From contig NZ_JAYKGW010000106.1 in NCBI RefSeq assembly GCF_035285525.1, positions 3,901 to 35,900 on the forward strand: a DNA stretch of 32,000 bases, in the 5' to 3' direction. The notes beneath the pieces were generated by a model. The model made no database searches. It saw only the letters and a list, made by a program, of their open reading frames with translations, and was not told where the DNA came from. This DNA is from Okeania sp. (GTDB taxonomy: Bacteria > Cyanobacteriota > Cyanobacteriia > Cyanobacteriales > Microcoleaceae). Shown piece after piece: positions 1 through 9,401 of the stretch (the stretch's first letter is position 1; each line of letters starts with the position of its first letter). A program made the position numbers and the translations under genes.

Positions 1-609
1 GGGGCAGAGCATTCCCAAAGATTGGAGGCTTATTTTCAAGCTGTTCCTGGTCTGAAGATAGTAGCTTGTTCTACTCCATATAATGCTAAAGGTTTACTTA
101 AGTCAGCTATTCGTGATGAGAATCCGGTTTTATTTTTTGAACACGTTCTTCTTTATAATTTGAAGGAGGATTTACCAGAGGAAGAGTATTTATTGCCTTT
201 GGATAAAGCGGAAGTGGTACGCAGTGGAAAAGATGTTACTATTTTGACTTATTCCCGAATGCGCCATCATGTTATTCAAGCATTAAAAACTTTGGAAAAA
301 GAGGGTTACGATCCAGAGGTAATAGATTTAATATCTCTTAAACCTTTAGATTTTGAAACTATTAGTAATTCTATCAGGAAAACTCATCGAGTAATTATTG
401 TTGAAGAGTGCATGAAAACTGGTGGTATTGCTGCTGAGTTAATTGCTTCTATTAATGAAAGATTATTTGATGAATTAGATGCACCTGTTTTGCGGTTGTC
501 TTCTCAAGATATTCCTACTCCTTATAATGGTACTTTGGAAAGATTAACAATTGTACAGCCAGAACAGATTGTTGAAGCAGTACGAAATATGGTGGCAATG
601 AAAGTTTAA
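1..609 (+). CDS. pdhB: pyruvate dehydrogenase E1 component beta subunit, C-terminal part (5' end outside window)
   Basis: The frame is open from base 1 ([12 protein letters not shown]...), so the Met at 22 in the ORF track is internal. Typical E1-beta motifs are present: [38 protein letters not shown]. Stop at 607-609. Confidence 0.9.
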   Translation, partial: GAEHSQRLEAYFQAVPGLKIVACSTPYNAKGLLKSAIRDENPVLFFEHVLLYNLKEDLPEEEYLLPLDKAEVVRSGKDVTILTYSRMRHHVIQALKTLEKEGYDPEVIDLISLKPLDFETISNSIRKTHRVIIVEECMKTGGIAAELIASINERLFDELDAPVLRLSSQDIPTPYNGTLERLTIVQPEQIVEAVRNMVAMKV

Positions 610-612
610 TTT

Positions 613-652
613 GAAGGAATAAGGAATAAGGAATAAGGAAGAAGGAAGAGGG
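613..652. repeat. purine-rich heptamer run (GGAATAA x3, then GGAAGAA-type)
   Basis: gaaggaataaggaataaggaataaggaagaaggaagaggg starts 4 nt after the pdhB stop. Confidence 0.85.
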
Positions 653-909
653 TAAAAGGTAGATTAAATTTTTTGAGTGAAATTAATTCTGAACTTTCTG
701 ACAATTAAATTCTTAACTAAATCTTTCCTACTTTATTTCTCTTTTTTTCTTCTTAATTCCTATGTTTTTTTTCAAATCAGCAATCAATAAAGTTACCCTG
801 GGAAAGCTATTCATTATAGCAAACTAATAAAACTATTTTTTGCTAATAAAAATTAGGATGAAAAAGTAATTATTATTGTTAAATTCAATTCTCCTGAATA
901 TAGATTAAA

Positions 910-1187
910 TAGGGCTTGCTGATTTATCGGGAACCGTAAAAGTCTTTTAGTAGCAGTAATAATCCAGCAATCCAGCAATCCAGCAATCTAGGAGGAATAG
1001 GAATTACAGAAGAGGTAGGAGGAAGAATTATACCTTGATTTTCTGCCATAATCAGCCGATTTTTCGGGAACCGTAAATCCTAAACTTTTGAGCTTGAGAG
1101 ACTAAAAAACTGGTACTTTTTACCTACCTGAAAATGCTAAAAAGTTTATCTGTAAAGGCTTTCATCAATAATTCAGCAAATAAATAG
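910..1187 (+). mobile_element. MITE-like element, family E (TAGGGYTTGCTGAT...ATCGGGAACCGTAAAAGT...), copy 1 with degenerate right end
   Basis: The first ~140 bp align base for base with 1809-1950, including an internal short tandem run (AATCCAGC x3.5 here, CAGAATC x3 in copy 2). A second CGGGAACCGTAAA box is at 1064-1078. Confidence 0.5.
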
Positions 1188-1808
1188 TTTTCAAAATTAA
1201 TTAGATATAAAATTTAGATCAAAAGCTTGTTTAAGAAGGAATAGATCAACAAAATTATTTGTTGATATACTTAATAAATAAATTTTTATAGGTCTGAATT
1301 TTATCGTATTTGTGATTCCTTGTATCTGTCTCTTTTTTTTCTAGTATAATTAGAGTTTGCTGAAAAAAATCTGTTATTTAAGTAAGGAAACAGGGAAAAA
1401 TTTAGACTATTTGCTACGGCAAAATTTTCTGATAATTCCGAGTCGAAACTCTAAAACTTTAGATCAGACAAAAGCAATAAATATGTACTTTCTCAGGAAT
1501 TAAAAAAGCTAAAACCTTTATCTGTTAATTATTTCATCTTTAGTCAGTAAACCCTAATTAATTTTTATTGCCAAAAAATAACTTTATAAAGCCTCTCCAT
1601 TTATGGATAAAAAAAAGAAAAAAAATTCTTTTGGAAAATCATAATTCTTTATTAGAAAAGATAATTATTAATTATTGAACCGCCTTCCTAAATTGATTAT
1701 ATAAATATACAATATAGATAGCAATTAGGGTAAATATTTTTAATGTATAAACCCTATTGGTTTTTCAGAGTAGAATGCCTATGTTACTTAATTATTTACT
1801 CCTATAAA

Positions 1809-2060
1809 TAGGGTTTGCTGATTGATCGGGAACCGTAAAAGTCTTTTTGTTAAGGATAGGAGTCAGAATCCAGAATCCAGAATAAGTAGGAATCATAGAG
1901 GAGATAGTAGTATGGAATCGTCCCTTGATTTTCTTTGCTGTTATCGCCTAAAATACCAACTTTTTGACTATGAAAAGATGAAAAAAAGGTATTTTGTCAG
2001 GCATAAAAAGGCTAAAATCTTTATATATTAATCTTTTCATATTTCCATACGCAAGCCCTA
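1809..2060 (+). mobile_element. MITE-like element, family E, copy 2 (252 bp) with terminal inverted repeats
   Basis: Left end TAGGGTTTGC, right end GCAAGCCCTA (9/10 complementary). No credible ORF. Further right ends of the same family are at 1546-1558, 5751-5760 and 14511-14523. Confidence 0.6.
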
Positions 2061-2165
2061 AAGAAATGATTGAAAATAAATCAAAATAATTTTAGCTGAA
2101 GGCTGAAGGCTGATAGCTGACAGCTAATAGCTGCTAAAAAAATGCTACTTTAATCTAATTAAACT

Positions 2166-3551
2166 ATGCGTAAACAAAATTCTTATATAGCCTTAATCTT
2201 AGTTCTAGTTATCGCATCAATCACAATATTAACTCAAATTCCCATCCGTTTAGGACTAGACCTCAGAGGGGGGTCACAACTTACCATTCAACTACAAACC
2301 TCAGAAGAAATTCCTACTATTGACGAACGAGTAATGGAAGGAGTCCTAACCATAGTAGAAAATAGGGTCAATGCTCTCGGTGTATCCGAATCAGTAGTCC
2401 AATCTTTAGGACAAGACCAAATTCTAGTCCAACTACCAGGAGTAAATGACCCAGAACAAGCAGAACGGGTTTTAGGAGGAACAGCTCAATTAGACTTTCG
2501 AGAACAATTACAAGGTACTGAGCAACAATTACAAATAGAATATCAAATACAAAGAGAACTATTAGTAGAACAAGAATTACTCAGAAATAGTCAAGACCAA
2601 GAAACTATAGATAAAAACCTACAGTCTATCACAAAAGCAAATGAAGCGATCGCTCAACTATTTAAAGAACCAACTATTAAAGGTCAAGACCTCAGAGATG
2701 CTTTAGCGGAACCTGAAGCTCCTGGTTCTAATAATTGGAATGTAGCTTTACGTTTCACTTCTGAAGGAGGACAGAAATTTGCGGAACTGACCAAAAATTT
2801 AGCAGGAACTGGACGTAGTATCGGTATCTTCCTAGATAATAGATTAATCAGCGCTCCTACAGTAAGTGTGGAATTTGCCCAAACAGGTATTACTGGTGGT
2901 AATGCAATTATTCAAGGTAGATTTACTGCTGAACAAGCAAATGACCTAGCTGTACAACTCCGGGGTGGTGCTTTACCAGTCTCTGTAGAAATAGTTGAAA
3001 ATAGAACTGTTGGCGCAACTTTGGGTAGGGATAGTATTCAACGTAGTGTCTATGCTGGAATTGGTGGTTTAATTCTGGTGTTAGGATTTATGGTCTGGTA
3101 CTATAGATTACCTGGCATAATTGCTGATCTAGCTCTAATTATTTATGCTCTGTTTACCATTGCTAGTTTTTCCATCTTGGGTGTTACTTTAACATTACCA
3201 GGAATAGCTGGTTTTATCCTAAGTATTGGTATGGCAGTAGACGCTAATGTTTTGATTTTTGAACGGACAAGGGAAGAGTTACGAGCTGGTAAAACTTTAT
3301 ATCGTTCTGTAGAATCTGGCTTTTATCGTGCTTTTTCCAGTATTTTAGATGGTAATGTCACGACCTTAATTGCTTGTATAGCACTTTTCTGGTTAGGAAC
3401 TGGTTTGGTCAAAGGTTTTGCCCTAACCTTGGGTATTGGTGTAGCAATTAGTATGTTTACTGCTCTTACTTGTAGTAGAACATTAATGTTTTGGACAATT
3501 GGATTTTCCCAATTTCGCAAACCAGAATTATTCTGTCCAGAATTGAAATAA
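2166..3551 (+). CDS. secD: protein translocase subunit SecD
   Basis: 461 aa. N-terminal TM helix, then LGLDLRGG, a periplasmic domain, and a C-terminal 5-TM block with VDANVLIFERTREE. Immediately upstream of secF. Confidence 0.95.
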   Translation: MRKQNSYIALILVLVIASITILTQIPIRLGLDLRGGSQLTIQLQTSEEIPTIDERVMEGVLTIVENRVNALGVSESVVQSLGQDQILVQLPGVNDPEQAERVLGGTAQLDFREQLQGTEQQLQIEYQIQRELLVEQELLRNSQDQETIDKNLQSITKANEAIAQLFKEPTIKGQDLRDALAEPEAPGSNNWNVALRFTSEGGQKFAELTKNLAGTGRSIGIFLDNRLISAPTVSVEFAQTGITGGNAIIQGRFTAEQANDLAVQLRGGALPVSVEIVENRTVGATLGRDSIQRSVYAGIGGLILVLGFMVWYYRLPGIIADLALIIYALFTIASFSILGVTLTLPGIAGFILSIGMAVDANVLIFERTREELRAGKTLYRSVESGFYRAFSSILDGNVTTLIACIALFWLGTGLVKGFALTLGIGVAISMFTALTCSRTLMFWTIGFSQFRKPELFCPELK

Positions 3552-3561
3552 TTTTATAATT

Positions 3562-3661
3562 AGGACTTACCCAAAGCAACCAAGAAACAGGGTTTTGGCC
3601 TGTGATCTTGTTGTTCATTCCACGAAATTTTCTCTATAAACCCAGTTTATGAGTAAGTTCC
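3562..3661 (+). mobile_element. MITE-like element, family GGACTTAC, AGAAACCGGGTTT subtype, unit 1
   Basis: Left end AGGACTTACCCA, right end TGAGTAAGTTCC (9/12 complementary). Subterminal AAGAAACAGGGTTT / AAACCCAGTTT arms. Confidence 0.55.
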
Positions 3662-3665
3662 GACG

Positions 3666-3769
3666 GTTCCGGGTCACCAAGAAACCGGGTTTATTGCCGT
3701 AATATTTTTGTTAAAACCACAAAATTTTGTCTATAAAACCCGGTTTCTGTGTAAGTTCCAAATCAAAAG
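3666..3769 (+). mobile_element. MITE-like element, same family, unit 2 (tandem with unit 1)
   Basis: Subterminal arms AGAAACCGGGTTT and AAACCCGGTTTCT are perfectly complementary. The right end GTAAGTTCC is identical to that of unit 1. Confidence 0.55.
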
Positions 3770-3804
3770 CTAATATCTAAAATCTCATTGGTTCAATTTT
3801 TAAG

Positions 3805-4791
3805 ATGAAAATAAGTGTTATAAAACAGCGATCGCTTTGGTGGACAATTTCTGGGACTATAATAATTAGTGGCCTAATTGCTATGGTAATTTCTTGGACT
3901 CGACCAGATATTAATGCCCCTTTACGTCCAAGTTTAGATTTTATTGGCGGTACTCGGTTACAACTAGAATTAGATTGTACCATACCCAACAACTGCAATA
4001 AAGCTATTACAGTTGCTGATGTGAGAAAAATAATGATCGACCAAGGTTTCACGAATAGTAGTATTCAGGTTGTCGGAGAAGATAAACGAGCTATTGACAT
4101 ACGCACCAAAACTTTAGATGTAGACGCTCGGACTAAATTAATCTCAGCTTTAAGTACAGAGTTTGGTAAATTTGACCCTGCTTCTACTCAAATTGATACA
4201 GTTGGTCCGACTTTAGGAAAACAAATTTTTACTTCTGGATTATCAGCTTTACTGGTCGCTTTTTTTGGTATTACGGTGTATCTGACTTTTAGGTTTCAGT
4301 TTGATTATGCTGTATTTGCTTTTGTTGCCCTATTCCATGACATATTAGTTACTGTTGGAATTTTCTCAATTCTTGGTTTAGTATTTGGTGTAGAAGTAGA
4401 TAGTTTATTTTTGGTGGCTTTACTAACAATTATTGGATTTTCTGTTAATGATACAGTAGTAATTTATGACCGAGTTCGGGAAGTAATTAAACGTTATCCA
4501 GGAGAATCAATTGATAAAATAGTTGATGATGCTGTAAATCAAACTTTAACCAGGTCGATTAATACAACTGTAACTACTTTATTACCATTAGTTGGTATTT
4601 TAATATTTGGTGGAGAAACTTTAAAATATTTAGCTTTAGCTTTAATTATTGGTTTTGTGGCAGGTTCTTATTCTAGTATATTTATTGCTAGTACACTTTT
4701 AGCTTGGTGGCGCGAACGTATTGGTGAATTTATTCCTAATCCTTTAGAAGAAAATTCCCAATTATTAGAAGGTCAAGAAAATACTGTTTAG
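3805..4791 (+). CDS. secF: protein translocase subunit SecF
   Basis: 328 aa. LDFIGGT motif, TM block, and [16 protein letters not shown] motif typical of SecF. Follows secD. Confidence 0.95.
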   Translation: MKISVIKQRSLWWTISGTIIISGLIAMVISWTRPDINAPLRPSLDFIGGTRLQLELDCTIPNNCNKAITVADVRKIMIDQGFTNSSIQVVGEDKRAIDIRTKTLDVDARTKLISALSTEFGKFDPASTQIDTVGPTLGKQIFTSGLSALLVAFFGITVYLTFRFQFDYAVFAFVALFHDILVTVGIFSILGLVFGVEVDSLFLVALLTIIGFSVNDTVVIYDRVREVIKRYPGESIDKIVDDAVNQTLTRSINTTVTTLLPLVGILIFGGETLKYLALALIIGFVAGSYSSIFIASTLLAWWRERIGEFIPNPLEENSQLLEGQENTV

Positions 4792-4920
4792 ATTAATAAT
4801 GAATAATTAATAAGTGCTTATGCAAAATTAATGACAAATTCATATTAGACATCTCCAGTTTTATCCATAAATAATCAATTATTCCTTTCTATTTCCTATT
4901 CTTTATCTCAAAAATTAAAA

Positions 4921-5141
4921 TTTTCTTCTTCCTTCTTCCTTCTTCCTCTTTCCTTTTTCCTTCTTCCTCTTTCCTTCTTCCTTTTTCCTTCTTCCTCTTT
5001 CCTTTTTCCTTCTTCCTTCTTCCTTCTTCCTTCTTCCTTCTTCCTTCTTTCCTCTTTCCTCTTTCCTTCTTTCCTCTTTCCTCTTTCCTTCTTCCTTCTT
5101 CCTTCTTTCCTCTTTCCTCTTTCCTCTTTCCTTCTTCCTTC
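4921..5141 (+). repeat. 221-nt uninterrupted homopyrimidine tract built of TTCCTTC/TTTCCTC heptamers
   Basis: I checked every base from 4921 to 5141 and all are C or T on the + strand. The tract ends 1 nt before the ATG at 5143. Confidence 0.95.
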
Positions 5142-5142
5142 A

Positions 5143-5523
5143 ATGTCTAAAAAAGAGCCAGTTTTACAAGTTCAAGTAGAGAGATTTTACAGATTAACAG
5201 TCTATTTCAGATGGTTAATAGCTCTTTTTCTTTGGAGTACAATTGGTTCTTTAAGTATATGGAATTTACGAAGAGAAATTGCTTTATGGATAGAACATTT
5301 TACTTGGGTTTCTCTACGTTATGCTCTAGCTTATCATCAACTACCTGCTATTGGTTTAAGTCTATGTCTTGGCACTACAACTGCTATTTTAGTTTGGCAA
5401 AGTAAACATATTATTTGGGGTATATCTCCAGAAGAACAAAAGCGTTTAGAACAACAAGTACGACAGATTAATCATCAAGGCCAAACTCATCCTTTATGGA
5501 AGTGGGTAATTCCAGATCACTGA
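5143..5523 (+). CDS. hypothetical small membrane protein (2-3 predicted TM helices)
   Basis: 126-codon ORF in AT-rich DNA. Hydrophobic segments include WLIALFLWSTIGSLSIW and LPAIGLSLCLGTTTAILVW. I recognise no family. The start codon abuts a 221-nt pyrimidine tract, so no Shine-Dalgarno is possible. Confidence 0.55.
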   Translation: MSKKEPVLQVQVERFYRLTVYFRWLIALFLWSTIGSLSIWNLRREIALWIEHFTWVSLRYALAYHQLPAIGLSLCLGTTTAILVWQSKHIIWGISPEEQKRLEQQVRQINHQGQTHPLWKWVIPDH

Positions 5524-5685
5524 AATTAATCTATAGTAATTAAAGTTTCCTCAAAAAAGCATAGTGTGGAAAAGGTGGGAATATAGAGCAAAGTAGAAGA
5601 AATAATTGTGCTTTGATTTTCGTTTCCAAATCTTAGCCAAATACTAACTTTTTCAGCTTGATAAACCCAAAATATTGTACTTTTA

Positions 5686-5760
5686 CAGTTCCCGAAAAAT
5701 CAGTGAAAATTCTATAGTCTTTACCTGTCAATACTTTTATCTTTAAATCAGCAAACCCTA
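5686..5760 (-). repeat. partial family-E element in reverse orientation
   Basis: cagttcccgaaaaatcag is the reverse complement of the GATTTTTCGGGAAC box. The segment ends in GCAAACCCTA. Confidence 0.5.
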
Positions 5761-5786
5761 ATTATTAATTATTAATTATTAATTAT
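5759..5786. repeat. TAATTAT heptamer x4
   Basis: Perfect four-unit run directly after the family-E end and before the M23-like gene. Confidence 0.9.
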
Positions 5787-5818
5787 TGACTAGCACCAGA
5801 GAATCAACTCTACTGCGT

Positions 5819-6583
5819 ATGAAAAAATATCTGCGAATATCTAGAGATAAAAAGTTATTTCAGCAAAAAGCAAAACCATATAAATTAATTTTTTCTTACA
5901 TAGTTAAACAACTCTTTTTACCATCAAAATACAATCATAATAGTGGTAGAGTTAAAAACTTTTTTGTCTCCTTGATGTTTATATTTTTACTCTATATAAC
6001 TGTGTTATCTCCCTTAATTAAAACAGGAGTTAAAATAGTACAGCAAACAGCAAAAAAAATAATAATTTTCCAAGACTGGGTAGAAGATAATTTCTCCAGA
6101 ATTACTCCTTGGTTAAAACCAAATTATAGCAAATCAGATAAATTTCTCCCCTATAAAATTTATACTCCCTATTTTATAGACAATACTCCTCCCGGAGCTT
6201 ATGATTTTACCCTAGAGCAAAATGGTAAATTAGAAGTTCCGATTCCAGCACCTTGTCAAGGAACTATTCGCAGAACTTGGTTTCAAGGCAAAAATGGTAG
6301 TTTTAGAACAGCCAAAGGTGCAGGTCAGATAGTTGAACTTATGTGTGATGGGACCAATTATTATTGGTTAATGGGTCATTTGCTTCAAGGTTCCCCACCA
6401 AGAAAAGGAACAAGAATTAATAAAGGACAACCTATTGGGATTCAAGGTCTTACCGGTAGAACTTCAGGTCATCATATTCATGCTCAGATTCATTATCGTA
6501 ATGGACAAAGAATTACTAACAGAAAAGTAACCCGTCCTCTTGTTGAAAATTACATCAAATTTTTGAGAAAAGGTTCTGATTAA
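5819..6583 (+). CDS. M23/LytM-domain protein, possibly degenerate, with N-terminal TM anchor
   Basis: The C-terminal region matches the M23 pattern: YWLMGHL, GTRINKGQPIGIQGLTGRTSGHHIHAQI. The ORF-track start at 5786 is a TTG inside a TAATTAT heptamer run, so I prefer the in-frame ATG at 5819 (MKKYL...). TM segment: FFVSLMFIFLLYITVLSPLI. Confidence 0.7.
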   Translation: MKKYLRISRDKKLFQQKAKPYKLIFSYIVKQLFLPSKYNHNSGRVKNFFVSLMFIFLLYITVLSPLIKTGVKIVQQTAKKIIIFQDWVEDNFSRITPWLKPNYSKSDKFLPYKIYTPYFIDNTPPGAYDFTLEQNGKLEVPIPAPCQGTIRRTWFQGKNGSFRTAKGAGQIVELMCDGTNYYWLMGHLLQGSPPRKGTRINKGQPIGIQGLTGRTSGHHIHAQIHYRNGQRITNRKVTRPLVENYIKFLRKGSD

Positions 6584-7350
6584 ATTGAAATACTAAAATC
6601 AACAAATCTGATATAGTAGTACAGGCATTTTTCTGGTTCAGGGCTGACTTTTATTTTTTTTATGTAGATCAACTTCAATGTGTTATACTTTAAATTCTGT
6701 AATTTCAAAGTGGGGCTTGAATATTAAAAATAATAGGTTGACATCAAAAAATTAACTTATCTTAACTTAATCTAGAAATCCAATTGCTAAAATTTGAGGT
6801 AGATTACAAACTAAAGACCACTTATTACCAAAAATTTTGGTCTCTATAAATTAATGCTAATCTAAGGATTAAGACAAAATTGTGAGTATTTAGATGAAAA
6901 TTATTAATTGATTTTTAGTAGATCAAAGCAATACATAAGTGCAAGCATTCAGCCATCAGCTATCAGCTATCAGCAATAAGTTATTGATTTATGATTCTGG
7001 AAGGAGGAATTATTTTCACTCCCGATAGTTAAAGATGATCGTAACCCAGGAAAAGCTGAATGCGAGTCCATTTCCGAGGCAGAGCTGACTGCTTACAAAT
7101 TAGTAACACGCTAAGATTGAGATGCAGTGACTGTAAAAATAATAAAAGTGGGAAAATAGGAGAAAAAGTTGATCAAATAATCTGTTAAACTAAACAACCT
7201 GTAGAAATCAAAAATTATCAAGCTTGTTATAGTTAGCTTTAATGATGGTTGGGTTTAGTTAATCATTGCAATTAGTGCATAATTCTGACTCCTATTACTA
7301 TAATCAGAAATTGTTACCGAAAAACTTGAAAAGCCCATTTTATTTTAAAT

Positions 7351-7435
7351 AGGACTTACACACTAATATATAGCGTTGAAAACTATAACGTTATAGTTTT
7401 TTAACTCTATGTATAGTATTGTTGTGCAAGTCTTG
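7351..7435 (+). mobile_element. MITE-like element, GGACTTAC family
   Basis: Begins AGGACTTACACA and ends GTGCAAGTCTT. Internal palindrome CTATAACGTTATAG. Confidence 0.45.
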
Positions 7436-7686
7436 TTGAAATAGAGGTTCAGAGGTTGAAAAATGCTTACTATTGAGCATCAAAAAAAATAGAAATTGCT
7501 TAGGTTATCCACAGCCTCAAAACAACTGTAACAGAACTTACGGATTAGGAACGAGTTTTGGCAGTTGCAGATGGCTATCCTGATAGACTTCTAAGCAAAC
7601 CCTGTTGCTAGTAATAACCGAAATACATCATTTTGCGTGATTATTGGTATAACCAAGTTAAGTTGAGTTATTCCTACTCTAAGTGT

Positions 7687-7728
7687 AGTAATATGTCTTG
7701 GCAAGACAACTAGCCAAGACATATTACT
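7687..7728. other. perfect 16-bp stem / 10-nt loop hairpin
   Basis: AGTAATATGTCTTGGC (7687-7702) and GCCAAGACATATTACT (7713-7728) are exact reverse complements. Confidence 0.85.
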
Positions 7729-7925
7729 ATTATTACTCTGAAAAAAAAAGTCAATACCAATACAATCAACCTGAAATGGGTAAATATTGTTCTAGGTAAA
7801 CTGACGAAACTTATCAGTATAATCAGGAATTAGGCCAAGGTACTATATATAGAAAAAAAACTATTGCGCAATAGTTTTAACCACTATATCTATGCTGACA
7901 CCGTAGGTCCTGCTAATAAAAAAGA

Positions 7926-8029
7926 CAGGACTTAGACATTTTTTCATTTTCCCAACTATACATTCATATCTATAGCGCTATAGTTTTTTTGACGCTATGA
8001 CTATGTATAGTTTCTCTGTCTAAGTCCTG
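7926..8029 (+). mobile_element. MITE-like element, GGACTTA family, perfect 13-bp terminal inverted repeats
   Basis: CAGGACTTAGACA (7926-7938) and TGTCTAAGTCCTG (8017-8029). Internal CTATAGCGCTATAG palindrome. Lies 107 bp upstream of the sigA ATG. Confidence 0.6.
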
Positions 8030-8135
8030 AAAGACAAATTATACAAATTTGTTACCAGCTATACTATCTTAAAATATACAGAAAAATTCTGTAAAGAAAT
8101 CAATTGTTCAATTTGAGGAGCATGAGGAACGCGAC

Positions 8136-9308
8136 ATGATCCAGACTAACAACGTAATCGAAACTACCATTCATCCAGAGCTAGAACCTAGCGACTTATT
8201 TCCAACAACTCCAACTAGACCAATAAGTGATGAGTTAGAAATTTTAATCGGAGATAGAGAAGAATATATAGATGCAGATGCTCAGTCTGAGGAGAATGCT
8301 CTAAAGTCTGAGAAGGTTGCTAAATCTCGGACTCGAACTACGACGACAGGCAAAAAAAAGCATTACACGGAGGACTCGATTCGCCTTTACCTACAAGAAA
8401 TAGGTAGAATTAGATTATTACGAGCTGATGAAGAAATTGAATTAGCCCGTAAAATTGCTGACCTGCTAGAATTAGAAAGGATTCGAGAAGAGTTAATTTT
8501 CCATTTAGATCGAGAACCTCAAGTGAGTGAGTGGGCAAATGCTGTGGATATGGAGTTGCCAAAGTTTAAACGTAGGTTAGTTCTGGGACGTCGAGCTAAG
8601 GAAAAGATGGTACAGTCTAATTTGCGTTTGGTGGTCTCCATTGCTAAAAAATACATGAATCGAGGTTTATCATTCCAGGATTTGATTCAAGAAGGTAGTT
8701 TGGGATTGATTCGAGCGGCAGAAAAATTTGACCATGAAAAGGGATATAAGTTTAGTACCTACGCAACTTGGTGGATTCGTCAAGCTATTACCAGAGCGAT
8801 CGCCGATCAGTCTCGTACTATTCGTTTACCAGTTCATTTGTACGAAACTATATCTCGGATTAAAAAAACTACTAAGCTTCTGTCTCAGGAAATGGGGCGT
8901 AAACCTACAGAAGAAGAAATAGCAACTAGCATGGAAATGACGATTGAAAAGTTACGTTTTATTGCTAAGTCTGCTCAGTTACCAATATCATTAGAAACTC
9001 CGATCGGAAAAGAGGAAGATTCTCGACTTGGAGATTTTATTGAGTCAGATGGGGAAACTCCTGAAGATCAGGTATCGAAAAATTTATTACGAGAAGATTT
9101 GGAAAGTGTGTTGAATAGTTTGAGTCCTCGCGAACGGGATGTGTTACGTTTAAGGTATGGTTTGGATGATGGTCGGATGAAAACTTTAGAAGAAATTGGG
9201 CAAATTTTTAATGTGACTCGCGAGCGGATTCGACAAATTGAAGCTAAAGCTCTCAGGAAGTTGCGACACCCAAATCGGAATAGTATTTTGAAAGAGTATA
9301 TTCGTTAG
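8136..9308 (+). CDS. sigA: RNA polymerase sigma factor, group 1 (principal sigma-70 type)
   Basis: 390 aa. Contains [28 protein letters not shown] (region 1.2), [29 protein letters not shown] (region 2), region 3, and region 4 [28 protein letters not shown]. The C-terminal NSILKEYIR is typical of cyanobacterial SigA. Confidence 0.9.
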   Translation: MIQTNNVIETTIHPELEPSDLFPTTPTRPISDELEILIGDREEYIDADAQSEENALKSEKVAKSRTRTTTTGKKKHYTEDSIRLYLQEIGRIRLLRADEEIELARKIADLLELERIREELIFHLDREPQVSEWANAVDMELPKFKRRLVLGRRAKEKMVQSNLRLVVSIAKKYMNRGLSFQDLIQEGSLGLIRAAEKFDHEKGYKFSTYATWWIRQAITRAIADQSRTIRLPVHLYETISRIKKTTKLLSQEMGRKPTEEEIATSMEMTIEKLRFIAKSAQLPISLETPIGKEEDSRLGDFIESDGETPEDQVSKNLLREDLESVLNSLSPRERDVLRLRYGLDDGRMKTLEEIGQIFNVTRERIRQIEAKALRKLRHPNRNSILKEYIR

Positions 9309-9401
9309 AGAAGTTAATTGGTTGTCTGTTATTTACAGCAGTCTCGGAAGTTATGAGGTATATCCAAAATCGCGCTTTCGAGACCGCACTAGAATCTTTT
9401 C

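Noticed and set aside
1822-2031. 69-codon + strand ORF
   Set aside because: It lies wholly inside the family-E inverted-repeat element (1809-2060), and the related copy at 910-1187 does not preserve the frame.
3323-4052. Minus-strand ORFs 3323-3520 and 3777-4052
   Set aside because: They overlap secD and secF in antisense, and those two genes have unambiguous homology.
4889-5143. 84-codon minus-strand ORF (MKEEGKRKEERGKKEEGRRKEE...)
   Set aside because: It is encoded entirely by the homopurine strand of the 221-nt tract. Purine-only sequence cannot contain a stop codon, so the ORF is an automatic artefact.
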